From: an uncultured Planctomycetota bacterium
Lineage (GTDB): Bacteria > Planctomycetota > Planctomycetia > Isosphaerales > Isosphaeraceae
DNA: 64,000 nt
NCBI GenBank assembly: GCA_963845755.1
Contig: CAWJTV010000033.1
Location: 384,001-448,000 of the forward strand
Reading direction: 5' to 3'
Shown here: piece by piece, positions 10,345-20,833 of the stretch
Position numbering within the stretch: position 1 is the first letter of the stretch
Layout: each line of letters opens with the position of its first letter
Translations under genes and position numbers: made by a program
Notes under the pieces: generated by a model
Databases searched by the model: none
What the model saw: only the letters and a program-made list of their open reading frames with translations
Told to the model about the DNA's origin: nothing

Positions 10345-11331
10345 ATGTTGATTTTTGAGCTCCGGGACATCCCCCTGATATCCTGGTACATCGGCGTGCT
10401 CGTCTTCCTCGAGGGACTCCTGAGCGCCGACAATGCCCTGGTCCTGGCCCTGATGGTCCGGCACCTGCCCCGGCGCGAGCAGCGCCGGGTGCTGATCTGG
10501 GGGATCTGGGGTGCGATCGGGTTCCGGATCGTCGCCGTGCTGTTATCGGCCTACCTGATCCGGTTCTGGTTCTTCGAGGTCCTCGGCGGCTTGTACCTCG
10601 TCTACCTGGCAGCTTCCCACTTCTTATGGCCGGAAGAGGCCGAGGGTGAGAGTGCAGATGATCCCACAAACGGGAATCCGAGGACCCGGGTGCGGCGCTG
10701 GATTCCCGTTTTCTGGGGGACCGTGATCGCGGTCACGTGGACCGACATCGTCTTCTCGATCGACTCGATCCTCGCCGCTGTGGCCATGGCCGATGAGTTC
10801 CCCGATCGATTCGGGCCCAATGGGAAGGTCTTTATCGTCTTCGTGGGAGGCGTCCTCGGCATCATCACGATGCGATTCGTCGTCCGCTATTTCTTGATGC
10901 TCCTCGAACGCTTCCCCGGCCTGGCCGAAGGGGCTTACTTCCTGGTGGGGTGGATTGGGCTCAAGCTCCTGGTCAATGGATTCCACAAGGGGGAGTATCT
11001 CAACTTCCATATCCCGGGACCGCTGTTCTGGTCGGGCATGTTGTTGATCGCCGTGCTCAGCCTGGTCATCCGGCCCCGCTCGAAGCCGATTGACGAGGCC
11101 GGGGTTTCGGCGAGCCTCGACTTGCTCGACTCGGAGGACCCGCCTCCGGATCCGTCGGCCACCGGGATTCTCGACGACAAGGGTCCGGATTCGACTGGCA
11201 CCAAACCGAACTCGCCATCGTCAACCGAGGAACGATCGAACGAAGAACCACCGCCTGATCGACCCGGGAATGGGCCGATCCGCGGCGACAGTCATGAGGT
11301 GCTGGAACCCAGGCCGAGCCGGGTTCCCTAG
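10345..11331 (+). CDS. TerC-family membrane protein
   Basis: LEGLLSADNALVLA, DIVFSIDSILAAVA, GGVLGIITMRF; GGAGG RBS. Confidence 0.92.
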   Translation: MLIFELRDIPLISWYIGVLVFLEGLLSADNALVLALMVRHLPRREQRRVLIWGIWGAIGFRIVAVLLSAYLIRFWFFEVLGGLYLVYLAASHFLWPEEAEGESADDPTNGNPRTRVRRWIPVFWGTVIAVTWTDIVFSIDSILAAVAMADEFPDRFGPNGKVFIVFVGGVLGIITMRFVVRYFLMLLERFPGLAEGAYFLVGWIGLKLLVNGFHKGEYLNFHIPGPLFWSGMLLIAVLSLVIRPRSKPIDEAGVSASLDLLDSEDPPPDPSATGILDDKGPDSTGTKPNSPSSTEERSNEEPPPDRPGNGPIRGDSHEVLEPRPSRVP

Positions 11332-12191
11332 TTCATCTCGTAGTCAACCAGCGCTTCGCGGAGCTTCTGAAGCACGCGCGACTTTTCGTTGCTGATCGTC
11401 TTGGGAGCGACGCCCCACTGGAGGGCGATCTCGGCGGGAGTTTTGCCCATGAGCGTATCGTGGATCAGGGCGGCTTCGCGCGGACTCAGGTTCTGGTCGA
11501 TGGCGTCCTGGAGTGCGGCCCGTAGCGACGCACCGGCTGGCTGGTCTCCCGCATTCGACGGGACGTCAACCGAATCCAGCGACTGATGGGCCTTCTCCCG
11601 TTGCGCCCGCTTCTTCACCATGTCCACGGCGCGGAAGAAGGAGACGCCCTCGGACGTCTCGCGAGAGAAGACGTCCCGGATCCCCCAGTTCCCCACGTCT
11701 CCGACCAGGGAATCAAAACGCTGTCGCCCCAGGTTCTGGAGCAAGGTCGCGTAAACGGCCTGCGAGCTGTCGTCATGGAGCTGGGCGGGGATCCCCGCGC
11801 GATACCAGGCACGATTGAGGTACTTGTTCAACTGGGTCAGGCCCGATGTCACCGCGGCGGGATCGGCCTGAGCCGGGACTGTGGACGCCCCCGAGGACGT
11901 GGCCACGACCCCCGACGGCGCCGGAGTCGTCTCGGGATCGCTCAGCCACTCGGCCAGATGGGTATGGCCCAGCGCGGCGTCCCAGGCGGCATTCGAGAAC
12001 GAGGACGCCAACGCATCCCCGCCCGTGGTTAGCGATTCCTGGACCGGGTCGGTCAGCAGGTCGCGCTCCACGACCATCCCCGGGAGTGGATGGGCCTGCG
12101 CGGCGCCGGACAACAGCCGCAACGCCTCGAGCCCTTCCACCGTCGGGCGATAATCTCGCCGCGTTCGTGTCTTCTTCTCACCGCCGGCCAA
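11328..12191 (-). CDS. Sigma-70/ECF-like protein with an N-terminal planctomycete LExxRLL motif
   Basis: N-terminal RRDYRPTVEGLEALRLLS; region-2-like LHDDSSQAVYATLL; C-terminal region-4 HTH LSPREAALI...GKTPAEIALQWGVAPKTISNEKSRVLQKLREAL; TTG start with AGGGGG RBS. Confidence 0.7.
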   Translation of the reverse strand: MAGGEKKTRTRRDYRPTVEGLEALRLLSGAAQAHPLPGMVVERDLLTDPVQESLTTGGDALASSFSNAAWDAALGHTHLAEWLSDPETTPAPSGVVATSSGASTVPAQADPAAVTSGLTQLNKYLNRAWYRAGIPAQLHDDSSQAVYATLLQNLGRQRFDSLVGDVGNWGIRDVFSRETSEGVSFFRAVDMVKKRAQREKAHQSLDSVDVPSNAGDQPAGASLRAALQDAIDQNLSPREAALIHDTLMGKTPAEIALQWGVAPKTISNEKSRVLQKLREALVDYEMN

Positions 12192-12425
12192 TCCGGATCC
12201 CCCCTGTCGATTCGCACCGCGATCTCAAATCGTCCCCTCCTCCTTGATTGCCGAAATCCCGAGAATCGGTCACGATTTGTTCATACGATTCCGGCCACCA
12301 TCGTGTTCGCGTCCTCCCGAACAATCCTCTCCTCAATTCCGACCCCGTCACCAACATCATAAGACGTTATCGCCGTCCGGCCACTCGCGCCCGTCAACTT
12401 AATCAAATCGGCATGACCCTTGGAG

Positions 12426-12441
12426 AGCAAATCGCACGCCT
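12426..12441 (-). promoter_or_regulatory. Possible sigma-54 -24/-12 element upstream of the sigma-like gene
   Basis: Minus strand AGGCGTGCGATTTGCT (GG-N10-GC). Confidence 0.35.
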
Positions 12442-12854
12442 GCTAATTATAATATCACCCACGCAATACATCGTCCAGGTCCCCATGCCTGCCTGGCGAC
12501 ACGGATTTCTGGAATCTTCGAGATCTCTGCGGAAATCGAGAGTCCTCGAACGTAAGTCTTTCGTATTTGGTGGGTTTCACCCACCTGACGAAATCGACTC
12601 CCGACACTTCAGGAACCACTCGCACCACGTCAACCGATCAGATGATCAGTTCTCTTGCAATCGCACACGGATGAATTGATGTCAGTCAGCATCGACGGAC
12701 AACGGACGGTCGCGCCAGCACTGGCGATTCGCGTTGTTGTAAGGATCGCAATAATCGATCGGATCGTGCAACTTTTCTCCAAGGACGAGGGAGGTTGACT
12801 GCTCTATCTGGTGCGAAAACGGGAAATCTGGGCAAACCTGGAAGGCATCGCTGG

Positions 12855-14123
12855 TTACACGTGAGAAGGCATCTCGAAACGGCTGCTATACGGACGGAAT
12901 AGGAGGGCGTTGGCCTCGGCGTCGTGAAACGCCTCGCGCTGGGCGTCGAATGTGAGGTTTTTCCCGACGCGGTAGGCGATGTTGCCCAGATGGCAGAGCC
13001 GGGTGCTGAGATGGCCGATCTCGATATCGGCGTTGGGCTTCTCGCGGGTCTTGACGCAATCGAGGAAGTTCCGGACGTGGTGCCCCTGGCCGTCGGGACC
13101 GGGCTTGCTGCGTGAGCCGTCGCCATCCTCGACGTGCCACCCTCTGTCGCCCACGATCATGGTCCCTTTATCGCCGTAGAAAGCGGTTCCGAACCCCACT
13201 CCCTCCGTGGGGTGTTTGGACCACATGCGATGTTCCCACACCAGGCAGGCGTTGGGAAACTTCCAGGTTGTGATCTGCGTGTCGGGGACTTCTTGATCGT
13301 CATCGAAGACGTATTTGCCGCCCGCGGAACTGACGGCGACCGGCGCGTCCACGCCGAGTCCCCAACGCGCCACGTCCACGGCGTGGATGCCGTTGTTCCC
13401 CAGCTCGCCGGTGCCCCAGTTCCAGAACCAGTGCCAGTTGTAATGGAAGCGATTCGGGTAGAAGGGCCGATCCGGGGCCGGTCCTTGCCACATGGCGTAG
13501 TCGACGCCGGGCGGGACGGTACCGGGCTGACCGTGCCCAATGGCATGCCGCACCTGGTGGATCCAGGCCCGGGCCATGCCGACCTTACCGACGGCCCCGC
13601 TCTGGACCCGCTCGATGGCCTCGGCAACCCACGGCGCGCTTCGGCGCTGGGTGCCGACCTGGACGACGCGTTCGTACTTCCGTGCGGCCTCGACCATCCG
13701 GCGCCCCTCGACGACATTATGGCTGGCGGGCTTCTCGACATACACGTCCTTGCCGGCCTGGCAGGCCATGACCGTCATGAGGGCGTGCCAGTGGTCGGGC
13801 GTGGCGATCGTCACGGCGTCGATTGACTTGTCGTCGAGCAACCGGCGGAAATCCTTCTCGGTCCGGGGGGCCTTCCCGCCGGCCGTCTCCACCGTCTTGA
13901 CCGGCTTGGCAAACATGGCGTCATCCACGTCGCAGACGGCCACGACCTCGGCGACCGAGTCGCTGGAGAACATCTTGGCGTGGTCGTGTCCGCGACTCCG
14001 CAAGCCGATCACCCCCACTCGCACCCGCTCGCTCGCCGCCGCCCGACCCGATCGCGATGGGAGGACCAGCAGACCCGTACCCGCTGCACTCAGGAACGTC
14101 CGCCGGTTCAAGGACTTCGTCAT
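12855..14123 (-). CDS. Gfo/Idh/MocA oxidoreductase with Tat signal
   Basis: NRRTFL Tat motif, RVGVIG, IATPDHWH, YVEKP, QVGTQRRS. Confidence 0.93.
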   Translation of the reverse strand: MTKSLNRRTFLSAAGTGLLVLPSRSGRAAASERVRVGVIGLRSRGHDHAKMFSSDSVAEVVAVCDVDDAMFAKPVKTVETAGGKAPRTEKDFRRLLDDKSIDAVTIATPDHWHALMTVMACQAGKDVYVEKPASHNVVEGRRMVEAARKYERVVQVGTQRRSAPWVAEAIERVQSGAVGKVGMARAWIHQVRHAIGHGQPGTVPPGVDYAMWQGPAPDRPFYPNRFHYNWHWFWNWGTGELGNNGIHAVDVARWGLGVDAPVAVSSAGGKYVFDDDQEVPDTQITTWKFPNACLVWEHRMWSKHPTEGVGFGTAFYGDKGTMIVGDRGWHVEDGDGSRSKPGPDGQGHHVRNFLDCVKTREKPNADIEIGHLSTRLCHLGNIAYRVGKNLTFDAQREAFHDAEANALLFRPYSSRFEMPSHV

Positions 14124-14526
14124 CGTCGACCTCCCGTGCCGTCTGGAGGGATCGTCATGAGAAAAGAGTATCAAGCAAATGTTAACGTAACCCGAAAACG
14201 AGAAACAAGCCCCAAGTACGGGGTGCCGGGCTTCCCGAGGCGGTCCTCGACCCGTCGCTGGTCGATTCCGCATGGCGTGGCCGGAACGCCGCCTCGTGCC
14301 GGTTTTCTCTTTTGCATCCACACTTGGCGCGACATAGAATTCCGCCTGGAAACTCGGTAGGTCTCAGGTCGCCGGAATCTGAGCGAACCCGGACACCTCT
14401 CTGTCGAGGATGACATCATGGAGACCAGTTGGCTAACCCTATCCAAAGCCTTCCTCTCGAGCTTTTCCTTCCGCGGCCTTCTGGTTGGCCTGACGACGGT
14501 CGTCTTCGTTCGACCTTTACTGGACG

Positions 14527-16902
14527 ATGTTGAAGGCATGGATACGGTTCGCCTGGCACAACCTGGGCCTGGTCCTGATCGTGGCCTTGCTATATGGGTT
14601 CATCTACCAGGAAGTGGGGGAAGATTATGGCATCCCGGCCCTGTTCTGGAACGAGGATAGGCTCAACCAGTTCTATGCGGGCATGGCGTTAACAATGTTG
14701 GTCGGCCTGTTGTTGATCCTTGCCTTCTACAAGGAGTCCCTCCAGAGCAAGCCCGACGAGCCGGGCCAGTTCTGGGAGGCCATGGGACGACTGAAAGGGT
14801 CGGGATGGCCCTGGAAACCCTGGAGGTGGATCGACCCCGACCGCCTGGCGGCGAGCCACTTCTACCGGTTATCCGTCTACCTTCGGGTCGTCGGGACACC
14901 CCTGCTGGTCTACCTGGCGATCCCGGCCTTCTGGCCCGCCGGATCCGGGGGTCCGCTCATCACTCCCGACGTCGGGGTCGAACGCTACTGGTACGTCTGG
15001 CTGGCCGGGATCGTCGCGGGCGTCGTGGTGATGGCCGTGATCCTGATCATCAGCATTGTCGTGTTCGATTACATGATTGTGCGGATATTCTTTGGCTGGA
15101 TCGCGACTCGGGCGGACCTGGACGACCCCGACAACGACGACTCGCTCTCGGCGTCCCTGACGACGACGGGCGTGCTGACCCTGGCGTGTTACATCGTGAT
15201 GGCCTGGCCGTGCTATGGGATCGTCACGGCGGCCTTCGCCGTCTGCGCCCTGCTCGGATTGGTCGGCGTGATCTACTCGGCCCTTCTCTTCGCGATCCTC
15301 GGCAGCGAGCGGACCGTCCGGCCGTTCGGGATCGCCCATCCGCGGGCATGGACAGGCGTCGTCATGGTGGTTCTCTTATTGATGGCCTCGGTGTCGAACC
15401 ATCGACCGTATTCGTACCACTTCCCGGGACTCAGCTACGCGCCCGCCGACCGCGTGGACCTCTGCCGCCGGTTCATGCAGGAGGATATCGACTCGAGCGG
15501 CGCCGGCGCCGGCTGCGGACCAGGGCCTTCCGGGGCGGTCCCGGGCGAGATGGTCAACGACTCCGCCGCACTCAACGCCTGGCTGGGAGGACCGTCCGCG
15601 CCGAATCGGACGCTCGCGGTGGTGGCGGTCAGCGGCGGCGGCATCCGCGCAGCGGCCTGGACGGCCGTCGTCTTGAAGACGCTGGAGGAGCGGATCCCCG
15701 ACTTCTCATACCATGTCCGGCTGGTGACGGGCGCATCCGGCGGGATGGTCGGCGCGGCGCTGTTCGTCGAGTCGGTCGCCCCGCCGGGTCGGAACGCAGG
15801 CGATGCGCCGCATGCCCCGGGCGTGCTTGGCCAGGTCGTGGAAGTCAGCTCTCGTGATGGCCTGACCGGAGTGGCCAAGCACCTCGTCCTGCGCGATCTG
15901 CCTCGTTCGTTCCTCCCGATCCCGTTGGGCCAGGTCTCGGATCGAGGCACCGAGCTCCAGCGAGCGTGGGCGCCTCCCAAGTCGGGAGGCCCGCGCCTGG
16001 ACGTGGCCCTGTCCTCGCTCGCCGAGGGCGAGCTTCAAGGATGGCGGCCATCCATCGTCTTCAGTCCGATGCTCGCCCAGGATGGGCGGCGACTCATGAT
16101 CAGCAATCTCGACCTCGACGTCCTGACGCGAACCCACGCCGAGCGGCTCGATGTCCGACTCCCCGGCCTGACCGGCCGGCGGCTGCTCTCGATCCCGACC
16201 ATCCAGTTCTTCAAGTACTTCCCGAATCAGACGCGGTTGACGATCGGCACTGCTGTCCGGATGAACGCCTCATTCCCGCTGATCAGCCCCGCCGTGTCCC
16301 TGCCGACGTCGCCACCGCGCACGCCGATCGACGCCGGCTATTACGACAACTACGGCGTCAACATCGCGGCCTCGTGGATCTACGAGCATCGCGACTGGTT
16401 GAGCCGCCACACGTCGAATGTCGTGTTGATCCAGATCCGGGATACTGTCAGCGAGTACCAGCGCCGGCAAGTCGCCGACACCGACGAGGAGAAGGTGCGC
16501 TCGTGGTCCCTGCTGGACCTGTTCGATATCCCGGCCCTGGCCACACCTCTGAATGGGCTATTCAGCGCCACGACCGCCTCGATGTCGTTCCGGAACGACG
16601 AGCAGATCGAGGTCATCAGTGACTGGCTCAATTCCCGCCGGGGAACCCGGTTCCACACCGTCATCTTCGAGAACCCGACGCCTGCCGCCTTGAGCTGGTA
16701 TCTGACGCGCAAGGAGCGGGCCCTGATCGAGGCGGGCATGGGCGGCACGTTTCTCCCCCCGGCACTCCGCCCGCTGCTCCACGAAGATCGGGTCCACGCC
16801 GTTATCGATGCCAATGTCGAGCGGCTGGAACAGCTCCGAGGACTCTGGCGTCATCCCGGACACGGCGATGATACGGCCGCTGATGCTCCCAAGAAGCGCT
16901 GA
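14527..16902 (+). CDS. Membrane-anchored patatin-like phospholipase
   Basis: Multiple N-terminal TM helices; SGGGIRAA, GASGG nucleophile motif, DAGYYDN. Confidence 0.82.
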   Translation: MLKAWIRFAWHNLGLVLIVALLYGFIYQEVGEDYGIPALFWNEDRLNQFYAGMALTMLVGLLLILAFYKESLQSKPDEPGQFWEAMGRLKGSGWPWKPWRWIDPDRLAASHFYRLSVYLRVVGTPLLVYLAIPAFWPAGSGGPLITPDVGVERYWYVWLAGIVAGVVVMAVILIISIVVFDYMIVRIFFGWIATRADLDDPDNDDSLSASLTTTGVLTLACYIVMAWPCYGIVTAAFAVCALLGLVGVIYSALLFAILGSERTVRPFGIAHPRAWTGVVMVVLLLMASVSNHRPYSYHFPGLSYAPADRVDLCRRFMQEDIDSSGAGAGCGPGPSGAVPGEMVNDSAALNAWLGGPSAPNRTLAVVAVSGGGIRAAAWTAVVLKTLEERIPDFSYHVRLVTGASGGMVGAALFVESVAPPGRNAGDAPHAPGVLGQVVEVSSRDGLTGVAKHLVLRDLPRSFLPIPLGQVSDRGTELQRAWAPPKSGGPRLDVALSSLAEGELQGWRPSIVFSPMLAQDGRRLMISNLDLDVLTRTHAERLDVRLPGLTGRRLLSIPTIQFFKYFPNQTRLTIGTAVRMNASFPLISPAVSLPTSPPRTPIDAGYYDNYGVNIAASWIYEHRDWLSRHTSNVVLIQIRDTVSEYQRRQVADTDEEKVRSWSLLDLFDIPALATPLNGLFSATTASMSFRNDEQIEVISDWLNSRRGTRFHTVIFENPTPAALSWYLTRKERALIEAGMGGTFLPPALRPLLHEDRVHAVIDANVERLEQLRGLWRHPGHGDDTAADAPKKR

Positions 16903-17190
16903 CCAAGACTCGGGCTGGACCGCGCGTCTTCGACCTGACTGCCCCTGTTGTGAATTTGTTCAAGCTCTCAGAACGGCCGAAGACAATTGAATCGATCAAT
17001 CGCTCCTCGAGGCTCGCTCGTCCGCTGATTGAAACGAAGAGTCTTGTCGGCACCCCGCGAACGCGCGAGATTGCCCCGGCATCAGGCTGGACTCTTGCAA
17101 TCCGTTCCTCATCTCCGACAATCGTGCCTGTGATCCTCGCGTGGATCGAAAACTCAGCTTCGGGCACGACGCAATCCGGAGACCATCGGC

Positions 17191-19115
17191 ATGTTTTCCC
17201 CAAGCGTTCGCCGCGTTGCGATTGTCCTCGTCGGATACGTCCTGGTCTCGAGCTGGCCGGCCGGCCGCGACTCGTACGCCCAGGGACCTCAGCCGGCGAA
17301 GCGGGCTGCAGAGTTCGGCATGGCGGTCGAGAAGAACGTCATGATCCCGATGCGAGACGGCGTTAGGCTGGCCGCCGACGTGTATCGGCCGGCACGCGAC
17401 GGCAAGCCCGCGGCCGGCCGGTTCCCGACGGTATTGACCCGGACCCCTTACGACAAGACCGGCGCCGGTGGTGAGGGGCAGTATTACGCCGAGCGCGGTT
17501 ATGTCGTGGTGGCCAACGACGTCCGCGGGCGTTATGCCAGCGAAGGGACCTGGCGACTGATCGTTGATGATCCGCAGGATGGTTATGACGTGGTCGAGTG
17601 GATCGCCCGCCAGGATTGGTCCGACGGGAAGATCGGTACGTTCGGCACGAGCTATCCCGGCGGTACCCAGCACGCTCTCGCCGAGATGAACCCGCCCCAC
17701 CTGACGACCCTGGTCCCGATCGACGCGGTGTCGAACTGCGGCGTCAGCGGGATGCGGCATGGCGGCGCGTTCGAGCTGCGCTTCATGAACTGGATCTTCC
17801 AGACCGGCGCACCCAACTCCAAGGCCGCCCTGGCCAACCCCGCGCTGCACAGGCCCTCATCGAGAGCGGGCGGCGGATCCGCCAGCATGCCGACAATTTG
17901 CCGGTCCGGCCCGGCTCGTCGCCGTTGCGCGTGGTCCCGGAATACGAGTCCTGGTTGGTGGAGGCCATGCGGAGCGGGCCCGAGGCGCCGTTCTGGCACA
18001 TCAAAGGGATGTCGGTCGTCGATCACGTGGGCGACTATGCCGACGTCCCGGTGCTCCATATCACCGGCTGGTACGATTCCTCGGGCGCGCCAGGTCACGA
18101 TGAACTACATCGCACTCTCCCTTGCGAAGAAGTCGCCCCAGCGCCTGGTGATCGGCCCGTGGGTCCACGGCAGCCAGACCTCGAACATCGCCGGTGAGGT
18201 CGAATTCACCAAGGACGCGGGGATCGACCTGCTGGGCTTTCGATTGCGCTGGTACGACCGCTGGATGCGGGGCGAGAAGAACGGGGTCGACGAAGATCCC
18301 GTGCTCATCTACATCATGGGGACCGGCGACGATCGACGATCCGTGGCCGGCCGGCTCCAGCACGGTGGCTCCTGGCGCCGACCGGCGCGAATGGCCCCTG
18401 CGCGCGCGCACGGAAAACGGCACTCTACCTGGGTGCGGGCGGGCAGCTCACCGCCGAGGCGCCGTCGCCCGGTGCCAGTCACACCACGTACACCTTCGAT
18501 CCGAACCATCCCGTGCCGACGATCGGCGGCAACATCTCGTCGAACCAGGGATTGATGACCAACGGCGGCTACGACCAGCGGCCCCGCGACGACACCCATG
18601 CGGCCGGCAGCCGGCTGCCGCTCTCGGAGCGCCGCGACGTGCTGGTCTTCCGCACGCCCCCGCTGGATGCCGACCTCGAGGTCACCGGCACGGTCGAGGT
18701 CAAGCTCTGGATCAGCTCCAGCGCGCTCGACACCGACTTCACCGCCAAGCTGATCGATGAGATCCCGCCCAATCCGGACTACCCACTCGGATTCGACCTG
18801 AACCTCGGCGACTCGATCCTGCGCACGCGATACCGACGAGGGCTCCACCGCCAGGCGCCTCCGCTCGAGCACAGCAAGGTCGAGCCGATCACCATCACGC
18901 TCTATCCGACCGCGAACGTCTTCAAGAAGGGGCACCGGATCCGCATCGACGTCTCGAGCAGCAACTACCCGAGGTTCGACGTCAACCCGAACACCGGCGA
19001 CCCGCTCGGCGAGTACCGCCGCATGGTCCCCGCCGATAACACCGTCCACCACGACGCGGCCCATCCCTCTCAGGTCGTCTTGCCGGTGATCCCGGACACG
19101 CACGCATCCGGATGA
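17191..19115 (+). CDS. CocE/NonD family hydrolase (frameshifted near 17850, 18082 and ~18400)
   Basis: IPMRDGVRLAADVYRP, RTPY, GTSYPG, GWYD, GPWVH, C-terminal SSSNYPRFDVNPNTG distributed over three frames. Confidence 0.85.
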
Positions 19116-19237
19116 TCGTGTCGTCTCGGCTTGTCGCTTTTCGTTAACACGGCTAGAGTCCAGCGGTGAGCAGACCTACCTCAGGACGACCATCCAACCT
19201 CCCATTTCTCGGTTTTCACGTTTCCGGAGGACTTGTC

Positions 19238-19762
19238 ATGGCGGACGTCGATTCGTTCCTGGAGCGTCAGTACGAGCGGTCTGCACTCGAGGACACGTCA
19301 CTCGCGAATGGGTATTCGTTCTTTCACTGGTTCATGATGGCGGGCTTTGTTGCGTTCTACGCCCTGCTGCTGCCGATCAATCAGCGATGGTTCAGCAACG
19401 CGGCCGCGAGTGGCTTGCTCTGGTGGACCGCGCTGCCGCTGGGCCTGGTCCTGCTCGGCTTCGTCGTCGCGGCTTGCACCCTGCACTGGAAGACGATGAC
19501 GCATGCCGAGCGAGTGACCCGTGCCTGGATGATCTCGTTTGTGCTTTTGATCTTCATGGGTGAGCTCTTCCGCGCGCCATCTGCTGTGGGTCGAGTGGAT
19601 GGAACTGCCGTTGACGCTGGTCTGTGGCGCGCTGGGATGGTGGCGCTTCACATCGGCCTGCAGAATCACGCCGAGCGCACCAATCGCGAGATCCGCGTGA
19701 GGCTGCGGAAGCGTGCCGAGCAAGCGGCCTTCAGCCGGGGCAAGACGATCTCGACGGCCTGA
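19238..19762 (+). CDS. Hypothetical membrane protein
   Basis: GGAGG RBS, 3-4 hydrophobic helices. Confidence 0.6.
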   Translation: MADVDSFLERQYERSALEDTSLANGYSFFHWFMMAGFVAFYALLLPINQRWFSNAAASGLLWWTALPLGLVLLGFVVAACTLHWKTMTHAERVTRAWMISFVLLIFMGELFRAPSAVGRVDGTAVDAGLWRAGMVALHIGLQNHAERTNREIRVRLRKRAEQAAFSRGKTISTA

Positions 19763-19840
19763 GAGGATCGAGGAGAATCCCGCGCGGGACACGTCTAAGA
19801 GTCTTCCTTCGTAGGATCCCCGCGCCGTGCGCGCATCTGA

Positions 19841-20267
19841 GGATTCCGAATTCCAGACTCGAGATTCGACACTCCTCGCTTATCACCACCTCGGTTCGAC
19901 AGAGTTCTCTACGCCAACGGCGTTGCACAGCAAAACCCAGGGTCGCCGCAGGCGCACCCTGGGAACGTCGAGTCGCCACCGAGTTCCGGTTTCCCTCTCC
20001 TCCGGCGCACCCCAACGGGGTTTCCCCAGCCCGACGCTCCGGTTCGCCTGGGGAGGAAGTTCCCGACCCAGGGTGCGCCTGCGGCGACCCTGGGCTTTGC
20101 TCTTAACGCCTTTGGCGTCAGGGTTGCCGCGGAATCCCGCTCGTCGGTTCATGAACCGAGTGGTGTTCGGCGAGAAGTGTCCAAGATTCCCGAATCATTC
20201 CCCTTCGGGAATCCGGAATCTCGAATCGTGAATCCCTCTTTTGGTTGCGGCCGAAGGCCGCGTTAGG
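19841..20267. repeat. Nested palindromic/MITE-like repeat cluster
   Basis: Outer GATTC(C/G)A-type heptamers; IR 19868-19897 / 20153-20181; inner IR acgccaacggcgtt..cccagggtcgccgcaggcgcaccctggg / cccagggtgcgcctgcggcgaccctggg..aacgcctttggcgt; 25-mer at 20243-20267 recurs inverted at 42642-42666. Confidence 0.75.
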
Positions 20268-20833
20268 GTGCTCAGCGAGCACCGGGACGGTTGGGGTTTG
20301 CGCCTCGGTGCCCACAGGGCACCCTACGACTCCGTACGCGACCCAACCGTTCAGCGCTCTAGCGGCGTCACTCCTGGGGCTGGAGGCGCCGAGGACCAAA
20401 CTCGCGGGCTGATCGAGCAAGCCTACGAACGGTATATTCCCAATGTATCGAACGGCCTCTGGGCCGCGCTGGTTGATGAGCCAATAGCCCAACTCCAGGG
20501 GTGCGCGAGCTGGTTCTGGACGTTACGCGGTTCAGCATAACAGCCGGGTACACGGGCACAAGGCCCTGCGATCGCGAACCGTCCAGATTCAGCGGACGGT
20601 TGTGACCGCAGGTTCAGCAGTGTGCCTTCTGCGCGACAAGGCGCACCCGCCAGCAGGCGGAGCCACGGGGCCGTCGAACGCGCGGGAAGTTCGATCGGCC
20701 GCGGTGGGGCTGCATGGGTGGACCCTTCGTGAGATAATCCAACCAAGCCGGCGCACTCCGGTCGCAGACCCCCGGCGTCGGGGGCTGACCGCGCCACGCA
20801 CCGCCCGCGCCGGCGTCCCGGGAGGCTTGCCCG

